Position numbers and translations under genes: made by a program. Below the pieces are notes generated by a model. That model had not been told where the DNA came from. It ran no database searches and worked only from the letters and a program-made list of their open reading frames with translations. A stretch of 64,000 nt of DNA, taken from positions 28,141,733 through 28,205,732 of the forward strand of contig CM102154.1 of NCBI GenBank assembly GCA_046562895.1. The letters are read 5' to 3'. Positions 21,250-32,565 of this stretch are shown here, piece after piece. This stretch comes from Trichechus inunguis (Eukaryota). The stretch's first letter is position 1, and every line of letters begins with the position of its first letter.

Positions 21250-21397
21250 CTGAAGAGATTCTGTAGATCCTAATGCCATCTGCTCGGTACCCAACAGCCA
21301 CCCAATCGCCATCTGGGCTGAGAGCCACGGAGAGGGCAGGAGAGGGAGAAGGGGACCTCAAGCATCCACGGGGCCTACCCAGAGAACCTGACCACAC
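21250..21397 (-). CDS. TEP1: TEP1 coding exon 39 (WD40)
   Basis: Encodes VWSGSLGRPRGCLRSPSPSPALSVALSPDGDWVAVGYRADGIRIYRISS. Donor gtactg. ORF 21074-21397. Confidence 0.88.
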
Positions 21398-21664
21398 CTG
21401 GACCTGGGGCCAAGAAAAGGACTTGAAGATACCTCACCTCCCGCCACCTGATTCTTCACCCCTAGAGTTACACCGCCCCAATAAAACCTCCTTCCAGAAA
21501 CTGTTCTCATGAGAGCTGCCCATACACACACCCCACCTCCCCTGTAGCTCCCACCAGTCAAGCTTCCTCCATAGTCTCGTCAGCAAATACACCACCCTCA
21601 CCCAACACCCCCTACCTTTGGGACTCCTTCCTTGTAGCCCACTTGTGGCCCTCTATAACCTGAC

Positions 21665-21877
21665 CTGGCCATCCTCTCCAGCTGTCAGCAACTGGCTCCC
21701 AGCATGCAGGAAAAGGGCACAAGCAACAAAGCCATGGTGGGCAGGGAAGGCAGCCAGTCGTGCCCCCTCTTGCCAGGCCCACAGCTCTACCATCCCATCC
21801 AGCCGGCCTACAGCCACAACCCGCCGGGGTGCATTGAAGGCCAAGGTACGGACAGAGGCTCCTGGGGCCCCCAGTTC
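21665..21877 (-). CDS. TEP1: TEP1 coding exon 38 (WD40)
   Basis: Encodes ELGAPGASVRTLAFNAPRRVVAVGRLDGMVELWAWQEGARLAAFPAHHGFVACALFLHAGSQLLTAGEDGQ. Donor gtcagg. ORF 21653-21844. Confidence 0.88.
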
Positions 21878-22015
21878 CTATATGGGGAGTTAGAAATTGA
21901 AATGTCAGGGCCTGCTCTTAACACAAGCCCAAAGTGACAGACTGCTGATGTCTGTCATTCCCTATCTCCCATCCTCCTGTGCTTCCTCCCCCAGGGTGAC
22001 AAAGGACCTTCTTAC

Positions 22016-22171
22016 CTTGGTGACTTTGAGCCCATCCACCTGGAAGAAGCTGAAGCTGCCAGCCCAGCTGCCTATGGCTATCACTTGCCCCTCTGGGTGG
22101 AAGGCAACGCAGTTGAGGGGCTTAGGACAGGTATGCTGAGAGGCCAGCTGCCCACGGACTGTGTCCCACAG
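22016..22171 (-). CDS. TEP1: TEP1 coding exon 37 (WD40)
   Basis: Encodes LWDTVRGQLASQHTCPKPLNCVAFHPEGQVIAIGSWAGSFSFFQVDGLKVTK. Donor gtaaga. Confidence 0.85.
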
Positions 22172-22386
22172 CTGGACAAGACAGGAGAGGAGTCAGGGTA
22201 ATGAATACAGACTCCTGAGCTCCCGGTCCCAGAGCTCCAGAGGTCATCTTGTCCAGTCCCCTGCCCTCAACAGGGAAGGCTTCCTCAGGCCAAGCTGTCA
22301 GGAGCCTCTGCCACACTGACAGAAACTCCTCATGGGCTCGCTCATGGTTCAGAGCCACCTGGCCCACCACAGCCCTCTAACATTAC

Positions 22387-22486
22387 CTTGAGGCAGCCTC
22401 CCAGGCACACGGTAGCTAGCAGCCGGCGGTCTGGACTTAGGCAACAGCCGGTGATTTGGTGCCGGTGAGCCTTGGTCTGGAGCACC
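22387..22486 (-). CDS. TEP1: TEP1 coding exon 36 (WD40)
   Basis: Encodes RVLQTKAHRHQITGCCLSPDRRLLATVCLGGCLK. Donor gtaatg. Cross-checked with ORF 22342-22620. Confidence 0.88.
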
Positions 22487-22614
22487 CTGTCCCAGGAAGT
22501 CAAAGTCAGGCTCCGGGGGTCCCCGGCCATAGGCTTCCTCCTCATTTCCCTCCCCTGGGTTTCCAACAAATGGGTAAGGCCCTCACTGCAGGGCATGGAG
22601 GAGAAACCCCTTAC

Positions 22615-22739
22615 CGACAACCATGCTGCAGGTCCCAGAGCTCAAGGAGTCCGTCAAAGGCAGTAAGGAAGATGGATGTGTCCGAGAGGAATGAACAAGA
22701 AGAGATCCCATCACAGCCACTCACCACAGACTTCTCCTC
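22615..22739 (-). CDS. TEP1: TEP1 coding exon 35 (WD40 array begins)
   Basis: gttcacag acceptor. Encodes EEKSVVSGCDGISSCSFLSDTSIFLTAFDGLLELWDLQHGC. Donor gtaagg. Confidence 0.85.
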
Positions 22740-23374
22740 CTGTGAACAGCAAGGGGAAAGCTCAGCTCAGGCCATCACCTCGACCCCTCCACGTCCCCCC
22801 ACTCCTGGCCCCAGCCAAAAAGGGGGCCAACGCCCAAGAAGGACTTGTGCCCCTGACTGCCTACATTCCCAGGCCATGCACAGGTTCAAGTGCAGCCACT
22901 TCTCCTCCCTCACTCCAAGCCCCATACCATTCCCCAAGTCCCAGAGAGACTCTGTGGTGATCTACCTCTGAAAAGCAACCACTGAAAACTCTATGAAACA
23001 CACTTCTACTCTGACACACAGAAGGTTGCCATGAATTGGAATCAACCCCACAGCAACTGGTTTGGCTCTGGTGTTTTGGAAGAGGGAATAGGCTTATGCA
23101 CATACATGTATATGTTGGGGTGTGGGGGGTGATATGGGTGAAAAGAGGAGAGAGAGTGGCTATGGGACCCCTCTCCAGCCTAATCGATTGTTGACCTCCC
23201 ATAAGCACCCTCTGCTGAAATCATTCCCAGCATTTGCAGGAAACATTCTCCCCTCTGTGCCTCTGCTCAGGCTCCTCACTCAACCCGGAATACCTGCCCT
23301 TGTCCACCCTACGTCCTCCTATAACTGTACAACTCACTCTGCTCTTATCTACGTCATACTACGTTTTGGTTCCA

Positions 23375-23393
23375 TTTTTTTTTTTTTTTTTTT
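23375..23393. repeat. T19 homopolymer in TEP1 intron (A-run on the gene strand)
   Basis: Reads ccattttttttttttttttttttaacc. Confidence 0.85.
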
Positions 23394-23651
23394 AACCTTG
23401 TATGTCTTATCTCCCAACAAAACTGACCGCTTGGTAGGCAAAGACAATGTTGTATGCCCTGTGAATGAAAATGTGTGGCAAACATTTGCTGTGACTGATT
23501 TCTTTAACAAGCCCTTTTGATCACGCGTGAGGGGAGTGAAGTTGCTGAATCAACAAGAGTGTCAGCAGGTTGGGTTTGGCTTGTCTAGGGCTTCAGGGCA
23601 GTCCCTGAGGCTTTTCTGAAGGTGAACTCTGCCCTGTCTTGAGTGTCATAC

Positions 23652-23775
23652 CTGCCAGGAGTTCAGGTCCAACAGGTAAACTGTCCCATTGGCAGTGCCC
23701 ACAACTGCTCTTTGCCCATTGGGAGAGAAGGCCACAGCTGTGGGGGATGAAGAAACTGACAGAGACAGGCTGGAG
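23652..23775 (-). CDS. TEP1: TEP1 coding exon 34
   Basis: ctttctctag acceptor. Encodes SSLSLSVSSSPTAVAFSPNGQRAVVGTANGTVYLLDLNSWQ. Donor gtatga. Confidence 0.78.
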
Positions 23776-23849
23776 CTAGAGAAAGAGCAGGAAGAAAGAG
23801 AGGAAAGGAGAGAAAGGATGTGAACATGACTCCGTTTCTGCGTCTCTAC

Positions 23850-24201
23850 CCAAACCCCCCTCTCCGCAGTGACTTTAGCCTGCCCTTTATTCTTGTTGCA
23901 GAATGGGCTGCAGCTTGTCTCTCTGCTGGGCTTTCCAGGTTCTGGGGCTGATTGTCTTGCCTTTGTGGACCATCCATGGTCTGGGGTTTATTAATCCATC
24001 GCAGTGTGCGTGGGAGCTGCCGTCGCTGGGAGAGCTGGGGGGCCTGGCGACAAAGAGGCGAGTCTGGAGGCTGGTTAGCTGCCTGCTGGTATAGAAGCAG
24101 TGGATACTGTCTAAGGACTGGAGCCTGCTGCCTCAGGAAGGTACGAAATACAGCAACATCAGCATCAGGGAGCTTTTGTTCCTCTTCAGGGACTGAAGAA
24201 A
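23850..24201 (-). CDS. TEP1: TEP1 coding exon 33 (linker before WD repeats; 3' boundary uncertain, alternative donor would put the exon start at 23874)
   Basis: ttttatag acceptor. Encodes VSSVPEEEQKLPDADVAVFRTFLRQQAPVLRQYPLLLYQQAANQPPDSPLCRQAPQLSQRRQLPRTLRWINKPQTMDGPQRQ.... Only phase-compatible donors are GG|gtagag (23849) or AA|gtcact (23873). Confidence 0.5.
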
Positions 24202-24370
24202 CTATAAAAGATGTAGACTGTCACTGGGGAGCCACCCTGGACCCCATTAACCTCAGCAACTACAAACATATGAGGTGTCTAAAATGGTAAGTCTCAAAGT
24301 CTGGCCCTCTGGCCACACATCAGGAACACCTGTTAAAAGTACAAAGCTTTGGGCCCCACTCCAGACCTAA

Positions 24371-24578
24371 AAAACCAAAACCAGTTGCCACAGAGTCAAC
24401 TACGACTCGTGGCGACTCCATGTGCGTCAGAGTAGAACTGTGCTCCACTGGGTTTTCAGTGGCTGATTTTTTGGAAGGAGATCACCAGGCCTTTCTTCCG
24501 AGGTACCTCTGGGTGGACTCGAACCTCCAACCTTTTGGTTAGCAGCCGAGCACATTAACCATTTGCACCATACAGGGA
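24371..24578 (-). mobile_element. AfroSINE
   Basis: Contains aaccagttgccacagagtcaactacgactcgtggcgactc...ggtggactcgaacctccaacc. Confidence 0.85.
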
Positions 24579-24872
24579 ATCCCACTCCAGACCCAGGAAA
24601 TCATAATCGGACCCAGGGATCTGCAATTTGAACAAGTTTCCCACCCTGTGTCCAATAAATTTTATGCCCATTAAATTAAGCTTGAAAAACTCTGGTCTAA
24701 GAGATCCAGGCAAAAGGTCCCCTCAGAATCACTTGCTTACACTCTCGGTTTTTTCAACTTGGAATGGAAATTTGACTGTTCTTTCTATTCACCTCCTCCT
24801 GAGCGGCACCCCCACAACCACACTCAGGAACCCCATATCTCAGAGAAGAGACCACCCAGTGACTCCTCTCAC

Positions 24873-24987
24873 CATAGAGGGCGTGGGCCTCCAGGAGCCG
24901 AGAGATCAGGCCCAGTTCCAGGTGTGCCGCCACCACATGGAGGTTGGTGAGGAACTTTGCAAGAGGGCCACAGTTCCTGCTCTGGAG
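24873..24987 (-). CDS. TEP1: TEP1 coding exon 32
   Basis: Encodes LQSRNCGPLAKFLTNLHVVAAHLELGLISRLLEAHALY. Donor gtgaga. Partly within ORF 24754-24936. Confidence 0.85.
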
Positions 24988-25262
24988 CTGGGAAGAGTCA
25001 GACTGGATTCATTAGGGATGTAAAGAGGCTGGTGAGGAGGGATAGTGTCTTAGATCCTGCCTGTGCAGCTGGGACTGAGACCCAGGAGCTGGGACAAAGG
25101 ATCTGAGGAAGGAGAGCAGGAAAACAGAAGAGCAGCACGGGGAGTTTGGGAGGCAGCTAATGGCAGCGGTGATAGTGGACGGTGGTGGTGGTGATGGTTG
25201 GGTGATCTCAGAATATCCAAAGCATTGGTTGGGAGAAGGTGTCAGGGGGTCTGAGGACTAAC

Positions 25263-25351
25263 CAGGTGGTAAGGCAGGTCTCCCAGAGCCTCAGGAGAGC
25301 AACTTCGGAAGGTACCTGAGGCATCAGGGTCACACGTCTTCCAGAGCTGAG
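25263..25351 (-). CDS. TEP1: TEP1 coding exon 31
   Basis: Encodes AQLWKTCDPDASGTFRSCSPEALGDLPYHL. Donor gttagt. Within ORF 25242-25433. Confidence 0.88.
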
Positions 25352-25555
25352 CTGCAGGTGAGTCACAGAACAAACAATGAGATGGGCTTGGGCTTGCAGC
25401 ATCTCCTGGGTCACATCCCTCAGGCTTCAGCAAGAGTCATCCACCTACTGGGGTGGCAGGTAAGGGGTCCAGCCAGTGGGGAACACTAGCGGGTTTCCTG
25501 CCCACCAAACCCGAGCCCCTCACACAGGGCCTCAGCTGACTGTGGCTGCAGTCAC

Positions 25556-25689
25556 CTGCGATGAGGAGGTGTGCCGTGCTCTCCAGCCCTGGCCTCTTCC
25601 CATATCGACGTTTTGCTGCTGTTCTCAGGGGTCCATCAGGGAGGCAGAGCCGGGCACCAAGGCGCTCCAGAGGGCCCTCCCCTAGCAAA
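25556..25689 (-). CDS. TEP1: TEP1 coding exon 30
   Basis: Encodes SLLGEGPLERLGARLCLPDGPLRTAAKRRYGKRPGLESTAHLLIA. Donor gtgact. Within ORF 25437-25775. Confidence 0.88.
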
Positions 25690-25947
25690 CTGTCCTCATG
25701 TGAGGAAGGGAGAGAAGGAAGAGAAGAGGGAGGAGGCCTGTCAGACAGCAGCCTGGCACAGTTGTAGGCCCTCATTCATACCTCAAATAGTGATAACTTG
25801 AGTGGCAGCTAATTCTCGGCCTGGGAAACAAGAGTCAGGGCTATACCAAGGGAAGGGTGGGATGAAGAAGGGATCACCCAGGGCCCTGGCTCAAAGATGG
25901 GAAGGCACAGTGAGGTCAGCAGGGAACTCAGCTGGGGGCACCTGTAC

Positions 25948-26098
25948 CTGCGCAAACTCTGGACGAGGTAGGCAAATGAGCCCATGGGGAAGGGGTCCCC
26001 ACTACTATCAGCAGCCACTGCCTCTTCCCAGCTCTTGCACCCAGTGGGCAGTATCCGCCACGCACTCAGCACTCCATGCAGCTGGTCCATGGTCAGAC
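25948..26098 (-). CDS. TEP1: TEP1 coding exon 29
   Basis: Encodes GLTMDQLHGVLSAWRILPTGCKSWEEAVAADSSGDPFPMGSFAYLVQSLR. Donor gtacag. Within ORF 25809-26138. Confidence 0.88.
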
Positions 26099-26243
26099 CT
26101 GAAAACCCAAGCTCTCTGAGGCCCTCACCCAACTTCACAGCATACCTATCCCCAGTGGCACCTAATCCTCACTGAGGCCTGAACTAAACCAAGGTCATCC
26201 AGCCCCCAAGCCCTCAGCCTCCCAACCCACCCCCAACACTGAC

Positions 26244-26376
26244 CATTACGTGTGACCTCAAGGGTGGCCAAGGCTTGGGAAAGGACATCAGGGCCGTGCT
26301 CTTGCTCCAGGGTGTTCAGGATGTACTGCAGCAGCAGGGGGACAGTGGCAGGCAGCGTCCGGAGTCTCTCAGACAC
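26244..26376 (-). CDS. TEP1: TEP1 coding exon 28
   Basis: Encodes VSERLRTLPATVPLLLQYILNTLEQEHGPDVLSQALATLEVTRN. Donor gtcagt. Within ORF 26146-26553. Confidence 0.88.
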
Positions 26377-26689
26377 CTGAGAAAGGAGACAGGGCTTAGT
26401 TGGGGGAGGGGGACAGCTTTGGCTAGAGCTTCGGTTATGGGGTAGGAAAGGGGGCAGCATTAGAAACGGATGGGAGGGATGAGAAAGAAAAGATGAACAG
26501 GTAGAAGAGAAACGGGGATAGGGTTGAGGTAAGGATGGAGGATGGATGATCATAAAATGGCGAGGGGTGAGGGTAGGGGAACACGAGGGATGACAGGATG
26601 AGGTAAGGAGATGAAGAAGCTGAATGGAGAATGGGAAGTGGGATTAGGACTTAGAGGATGATGAGCATGAGGTTACACCTCTAACTGAC

Positions 26690-26782
26690 CTGCTCATAGA
26701 GTGTGAAGAGCCTCAGGTGATCCGTGACCAAGCGCAGGTAGAGTGGCAGGGCTGACCCCCGCTTCACCAGCAGCAGACGCAT
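26690..26782 (-). CDS. TEP1: TEP1 coding exon 27
   Basis: cattag acceptor. Encodes MRLLLVKRGSALPLYLRLVTDHLRLFTLYEQ. Donor gtcagt. Confidence 0.8.
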
Positions 26783-27277
26783 CTAATGAGACTCAGACTC
26801 AGTGTGGGGACCAGGCAGACACAGCACCTGCTACAGTCAGTCCTTGCCCACCTGCCCTTCACCCCAGCACCAAGCTCACTGCCAGGCAGCTCCTCTGCCT
26901 CTGAGAGTCTCCAACAAGGAGAGGTCCACAGCATCAGCTCAGGTCACAGGCCTCCCTCTCCCCACACTGCTCTGCCCACCCAGCCTTCTGCAGGGTATCC
27001 CTCGTGGCTCAGCCTGCCCCATCAGGTATCTGCAGCTGTACTCTCCTCCCCTTGCCTGGTCAGGCACTGGAGTGGCCACGCACCAGGGAAGAGAGGGTGG
27101 GATATAGTATAAGTATGTACAGTTATCCTATTAATGACTTCCCCTGACCTGGAGTTCCTAAGAAAACAAAGGAGCAGGCCTGTGGGGACAGCTGGCAGCC
27201 CTGACACCCTGGGGTCCTCAGAGCTCCTAGATTCACTTCCACACCCAGCCACCCGCCTGCCCTGACCTAGATCCAAC

Positions 27278-27457
27278 CTGGTTGTTAAAAGGTGACTCCT
27301 CCAGCCGCTTCCCGTACAGAGCCAGCTCCTCTCTCACCATCCGGACCCGGGCAGACGGCTCCAGAGGCCCCAGGGCCACCACATGAGCATCCTGGCTCTG
27401 TTCCAGGGTCTCCCCCAGGCCTGTGTCACTAGACATGCTCAGCACCAGGTGTACCCC
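27278..27457 (-). CDS. TEP1: TEP1 coding exon 26
   Basis: Encodes GVHLVLSMSSDTGLGETLEQSQDAHVVALGPLEPSARVRMVREELALYGKRLEESPFNNQ. Donor gttgga. Within ORF 27233-27808. Confidence 0.88.
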
Positions 27458-27594
27458 CTGTGATATTTGGGTAAAAGGGCAAGAGATAGAAGGAAATGAA
27501 AGAGAACAGCATTGGAGAGGTCTCTCTCTCCTCCCTACAGTGTCCCTCCCTCTCCCCAATCTTCCTCCAGCCCCCACCTTCTCCTCACACTCAC

Positions 27595-27751
27595 CCGGGG
27601 CAGGGTCTTCGGGATCCAGTCTGAGATCAGCTGCCCATTCTGGTCCACCAGCCTGTCTACCCCATCGATGATCAGCACCAGGCTCTGGCCAGGGTGAAGG
27701 GACTGAGCCAACTTGGGCAGCAGCCTCTGCTGCAGCTCCCATACCAGGCCT
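27595..27751 (-). CDS. TEP1: TEP1 coding exon 25 (Walker B LVLIIDGVD)
   Basis: Encodes RGLVWELQQRLLPKLAQSLHPGQSLVLIIDGVDRLVDQNGQLISDWIPKTLPR. Donor gtgagt. Within ORF 27535-27795. Confidence 0.88.
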
Positions 27752-27847
27752 CTGTAAGTGGAGGGGAAGACCAGGGTCAGGGGAGAGGGAGACACAGGAT
27801 GGTGTCACATGGCATCAACAAGGCTGGGCTAATGGGGTGACACACAC

Positions 27848-28023
27848 CGGTAGGTATGGGGGAGGGCACTCGGTTCCTGCAGATGGCTATGCAGATAGCT
27901 ACAGAGGCGTCTGAGCAGGGTGAGAGCAAGACTCTGGTCAGGGCGGGCACCTGAGAAGTGGAAGAAGACTAAGGGGGCCACTTTGGTCCCATCAGCAGCC
28001 TGCAGGGCTGACACGAGGGATGC
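27848..28023 (-). CDS. TEP1: TEP1 coding exon 24
   Basis: Encodes ASLVSALQAADGTKVAPLVFFHFSGARPDQSLALTLLRRLCSYLHSHLQEPSALPHTY. Donor gtgtgt. Within ORF 27829-28101. Confidence 0.88.
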
Positions 28024-28142
28024 CTGCATGGGATGGAAACAGAAAACATGGTCACATGTTACATGCACAAGCTCTCTGTGCCCCACCTCCTGAATCCACA
28101 AAGCACCTCCCCACTCCTGCCCAAGCCTCTGAGGCTCTGTAC

Positions 28143-28337
28143 CAGGAAGGCAGTCTTGCCCTGTCCCGACTGCCCGATCACCAGGCTTAGCCTCCCCCGG
28201 TGCCGCGTCATCTGCTGCACTGTGTCCTGAAGAAGGCGAGGTCGGGCAGGGCTGGGTGGGCTCTGCAGCTGCTGGAAGGTGGCCTGGACCGAGTCATCAT
28301 CTGGGGTGGGCAATGGCTGCTCCTGCTGAGACCCAGG
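28143..28337 (-). CDS. TEP1: TEP1 coding exon 23 (NACHT NTPase Walker A / P-loop)
   Basis: Encodes PGSQQEQPLPTPDDDSVQATFQQLQSPPSPARPRLLQDTVQQMTRHRGRLSLVIGQSGQGKTAFL. Donor gtacag. Within ORF 28059-28349. Confidence 0.9.
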
Positions 28338-28493
28338 CTGAGAGCACATGGGGCAGTGACTACCATGACTCCATGCTCCTAGGGACCCCCAGGCCTAAAC
28401 TCACAGAGCCTCCACCAAGTTACCTCCCCACCCAGGGCTACCCAGACCATCCTGCCTCTCCCCACTCCCCCGGTTACCAGCACTCCTGCTGAC

Positions 28494-28611
28494 CTGCAGG
28501 TAAAGCTTCTGGATCACATTCCACACGTCCTGCAGAACCAACTTCCCAAACTCCTCCAGTCCCCCGACATAGGGCCGGCCAGCTGCCACACCCCCCCATT
28601 TACAAGGGTAT
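28494..28611 (-). CDS. TEP1: TEP1 coding exon 22
   Basis: Encodes [40 protein letters not shown]. Donor gtcagc. Within ORF 28401-28685. Confidence 0.88.
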
Positions 28612-28699
28612 CTGTGGGCAAAGCAAACATGCCCAAAGTCAAAGCAGGCCAGCTCCCCTTCCATATCTCTGTGCAGGTGCTCCACCTCCCCCAGCTCAC

Positions 28700-28813
28700 C
28701 TACGGCAGGTAATCTCTTTCTGTTTGCTCAGGTAGCTCTTCAGTTCTGTGATCCGATGTGCAGCCTCTTCAGACTCAGGAATAAAGTCAGATTTCCAGGT
28801 ATCTGGCACAGAA
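28700..28813 (-). CDS. TEP1: TEP1 coding exon 21
   Basis: Encodes [37 protein letters not shown]. Donor gtgagc. Confidence 0.8.
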
Positions 28814-29074
28814 CTGACACACCAAAGATACCCCAAGAGTGGGGCTGGGCTCAGACCCAGCCTCCCTCCACTCTGCTCGCTATGATGCCCTGAAATTCAT
28901 TCTCAAGTGGTGACCACCTGACTCTAGCTCCAAGGATGAACTGGTGCTGCTCTCTGAACTCTCTCTCTCTTCTAGCTGTCCCCTCCTAAATTCTGAATGT
29001 TGGTGAGACAAGACATGGCCACCAAGCCTGTCCAGCCTTCTGTGGAGACTGCCCTGGAGGGAACAGGCGGGTAC

Positions 29075-29199
29075 CTGAGGAAGCTGGAATCCCGAAAGTA
29101 GATGTGAGCTGGGGCAGGGTTCTGGAGGTGGAGGCCCCGGTTCAGGAACTGCATCACCTCCATCTCTGTAACTGAGCGGCCTGGGGGGTACTGCTGGGC
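29075..29199 (-). CDS. TEP1: TEP1 coding exon 20
   Basis: ccctgcag acceptor. Encodes [41 protein letters not shown]. Donor gtaccc. Within ORF 28972-29163. Confidence 0.85.
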
Positions 29200-29459
29200 C
29201 TGCAGGGATGGGTGGAGGATAGGCGGAGTTCAGTCCTAGGCCTGAATGCTAACCTCTCCTTCCAGACCTGCCTAGGCCCCCAGGCTCCTTCATCTCCAAA
29301 ATGTTCCTCCCTCCCTCCGACACAAGTCAATAAAATATAGCTAATAGCTAACATTTACTGAAGGCATGCGCCAAGCATTTTTTTATAGATTATTTTAAAG
29401 TCACATAATAACTCTGCAATATAAATGTCATTCTTTCTTTTTAATATATGTAGAAATTA

Positions 29460-31195
29460 AAGCTACGTTAACTACAGATTGGGAAAAAATTTTTGGCTAT
29501 GATAAATTCGATCACTGTTTAATCTCTAAAATCTACAAGATACTGCAAAACCTCAACAATCAAAAAGACAAACAACTCAATTAAAAAATGGGCAAAGGAT
29601 ATAAACAGACACTTCGCCAAAGAAGACATTCAGGCAGCTAACAGACACATAAAGAAATGCTCACGATCATTAGCCATTAGAAAAATGCAAATCAAAACTA
29701 CAATGAGATACCATCTCACCCCAACAAGGCTAGCATTAACTAAAAATCACAAAATAATAAATGCTGGAGAGGTTGTGAAGAGACTGGAACACTTATACAC
29801 TGCTGGGGAGAATGTAAAATGGTACAGCCACCTTGGAAATTGATTTGGCACTTCCTTAAAAACCTAGAAATTGAAGTACCATACAATCAAGCAATACCAC
29901 TCCTTGAACTATATCCTAGAGAAATAAGAGTCATCACATGAATAGATATATGCATACCCATATTCATTGCAACACTGTTCACAATAGCAAAAAGATGGAA
30001 ACAACGTAGGTGCCCATCAACGGACGAATAGATAAACAAAATTATGGTATATTCACACAACAGAATACTATGCAGTGTTAAAGAACAATGATGTAGCCGT
30101 GAAACATAATATGGAGGAATCTGGAGGGCATTATGCTGAGTGAATTTAGTCAGTTACAAAAGGACAAATATTGTATAAGACCACTAAGAACTCAAGAAAA
30201 GGTTTAACCACAGAAGAAAACATTCTTTGATGGTTACAAGGGTGGGGAGGGAGGGAGGGTGAGGGTTATTCACTAACTAGACAGTAGACAAAAATTATCT
30301 TAGGTGAAGGGAAGGACAACATACACTACAGGGGAAGTCAGCACAACTGGACTAAACCAAAGCTAAGAAGTTTCCTGAATACAATCAAACACTTCGAAGG
30401 ACAGAGTAGCAGAGGTGGGGGTCTGGGGACCATGGTTTCAGGGGACAACTAGGTCAACTGGCATAACAAAGCTTATTAAGAAAGCGTTCTGCATCCTACT
30501 TTGGTGAGTGCCATCTGGGGTCTTAACAGCTAGCAAGCAGCCATCTAAGATGCATGAATTGGTCCCAACCACCTGCAGTAAAGAAGAATGAAGAACACCA
30601 AAGACACAAGGAAAGTATTAGCCCAAGAGACAGAAAGGGCCACATAAACCAGAGACTTTATCGGCCTGAGACCAGAAGAACTAGGTGATGCCCGGCTACC
30701 ACCAATGACTGCCCTGACAGGGAACACAACAGAGAGTCCCTGTTGGAGCAGCAGAAAGGTGGGGTGTGGAACTCAAATTCTAGTAAAAAGACCAGACTTA
30801 ATGGTCTGACTGAAGCTGGAGGAACCCAAGAAAGCATGACCCCCGGACTCTGTCAACCTAGAACTAAAACAATTCCCGAGGCCAACTCTTCAGACAGATT
30901 GGACTGGACTGTGGGACATAAAATGATACTTGTGAAGAGTGTGCTTCTTAGCTCAAGTAGATACATGAGACTAAACTGGCAGCTTCTGTCTGGAGGATAG
31001 ATGAGAAGGTAGAGAGGCTTAGGAGCTGGTTGAATAGACATGGAGAATCAGGGGTGGAAAGGAGGAATGTGCTGTCATATACAGGGAGAGCAATTAGGGT
31101 CACATAACAATGTATGTACAAATCTTTGTATGAGAGACTGACTTGAAATGTAAACTTTCACTTAAACTACAATAAGAAAAACAAAAAGAAATCAC
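29460..31195 (+). mobile_element. L1 ORF2 C-terminus plus long 3' UTR
   Basis: Contains aaaatgggcaaaggatataaacagacacttc...atgcaaatcaaaactacaatgagataccatctcaccccaacaaggctag, a typical ORF2 3' end. Followed by a ~1 kb UTR ending in aaactacaataag. Confidence 0.9.
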
Positions 31196-31500
31196 GGCTA
31201 GGTTAAGTTAAGCAGCTCCCACAAAGCCGCACAATACGTAAATGGCAGAAAGGAGGTCAGAACCAACAGACCAGTTCTCTTAACTTTTGCATCCCTTGCC
31301 AGTCCCACAGGTACTGCTCACAGGAATTCCCTCTTCTAGGACTTGGCCACTCACAGACTTGGACTGTGTTTCACTTGAAGTCTCAAGGATGTGCCAGTGC
31401 ACAGTCCCAGGGTTCCAGACAAACTGTGCCTTCCCCTCAGCCCTGCCCCAACCTTTGTCACCTCCCTCCCCAGACCCTGCACCAACCTTGTCTGCCTTAC

Positions 31501-31621
31501 CCAGTGGAAGTGCGGATAGTCAGGGAGGCTGTAGTTGGGGGGAATGTAGCCATAGCGCGAGCCCAGAATACCCACGAACAGCTGCGAGTTCTCCACCTCC
31601 CCGAGGCACACTTCCAGTTGT
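31501..31621 (-). CDS. TEP1: TEP1 coding exon 19
   Basis: Encodes [40 protein letters not shown]. Donor gtaagg. Within ORF 31351-31818. Confidence 0.88.
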
Positions 31622-31864
31622 CTGTGGGCATGGTTATGGAGACATGCAGGAGTCATGGTACCAGGGAACACAGGTGAGATTGGGGTGATGGGACACACTT
31701 GGCTCACAACTGAGCAAAATGAAAGCAGGCTGCTCTTGTCAGCATCCAAGGGCAACTCCGCTTCCTGGTCCTCATCCATTCCTGTAGCCCAAGCCCTGGA
31801 CCACCTCAGTTCCATCACTCAAGCCCCTCATGCTTGGCCCAGACCCTTGCCTGTGGCCCCACAC

Positions 31865-32041
31865 CTGTTCCTCCGGGTCTGCTCCTCGGTGATGCCCCAG
31901 CGCAGGTCAATGCCATGAAGACTGATGCAGTGGAGGGCTGCGCGGGCCTGCAAGGTTGGCAGCACTGACCTCAGCAACAGGTCCCGCTCCCCGTGCATGT
32001 CCCGGAAAGTGGACGAAATGAAAAGCCGGATGCTGCGCCAT
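31865..32041 (-). CDS. TEP1: TEP1 coding exon 18
   Basis: Encodes [60 protein letters not shown]. Donor gtgtgg. Within ORF 31828-32118. Confidence 0.88.
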
Positions 32042-32348
32042 CTGGGGTATAAGCAGAGGGCTGGGCTCAGACTAGGGATCAGCCCACCGACCCAACTCCA
32101 CAGACTGCTGTGGATCACCCTTCAGCTCTCAGCATGGGCCAGGGCCGACAGACAGCAAGCAGAAAAGCCAGCAGGCCCCAGGGAATAATGCGCTGGCACT
32201 TTCCACTTCTCATGCACTCCTCCTCTCATCAGCAGATGATTATTCCACACTTACTATGTGCTCATGACAGTGAGGTCACATGGTCACGACCCTCATTTTA
32301 CTGATCGGGAAACTGAAGCTTTAAGAGATTAAGCAACTAGCCCAAGGT

Positions 32349-32565
32349 GGTGGTTGTTACTGGCTGCTGTCAAGTTGATTCCAACTCATGGAGACCCCGT
32401 GTGTGTCACAGTAGAACTGTGCTCCACAGGGTTTTCAAGAATGTGACCTTTCAGAAGCAGATCACCAGGCCTGTCTTCTGAGGTGCCTCTGGGTGGGTTC
32501 AAACTGCCAACCTTACAGCTAGTAGTGAAGCACTTAACTGTTGCACCACCCAGGGACTGACCTAG
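32349..32565 (-). mobile_element. AfroSINE
   Basis: Contains ctgctgtcaagttgattccaactcatggagaccc...gggttcaaactgccaacc...ccagggac. Confidence 0.85.

Noticed and set aside
22456-22971. 171-aa plus-strand ORF, and similar ORFs at 31287-31688 and 36173-36625
   Set aside because: They run antisense to verified TEP1 exons and are artefacts of codon-biased sequence on the opposite strand.
27233-27808. 191-aa minus-strand ORF
   Set aside because: Not a separate gene. It is a TEP1 exon (27278-27457) with read-through of its flanking introns; the GTG start is an artefact of the ORF caller.
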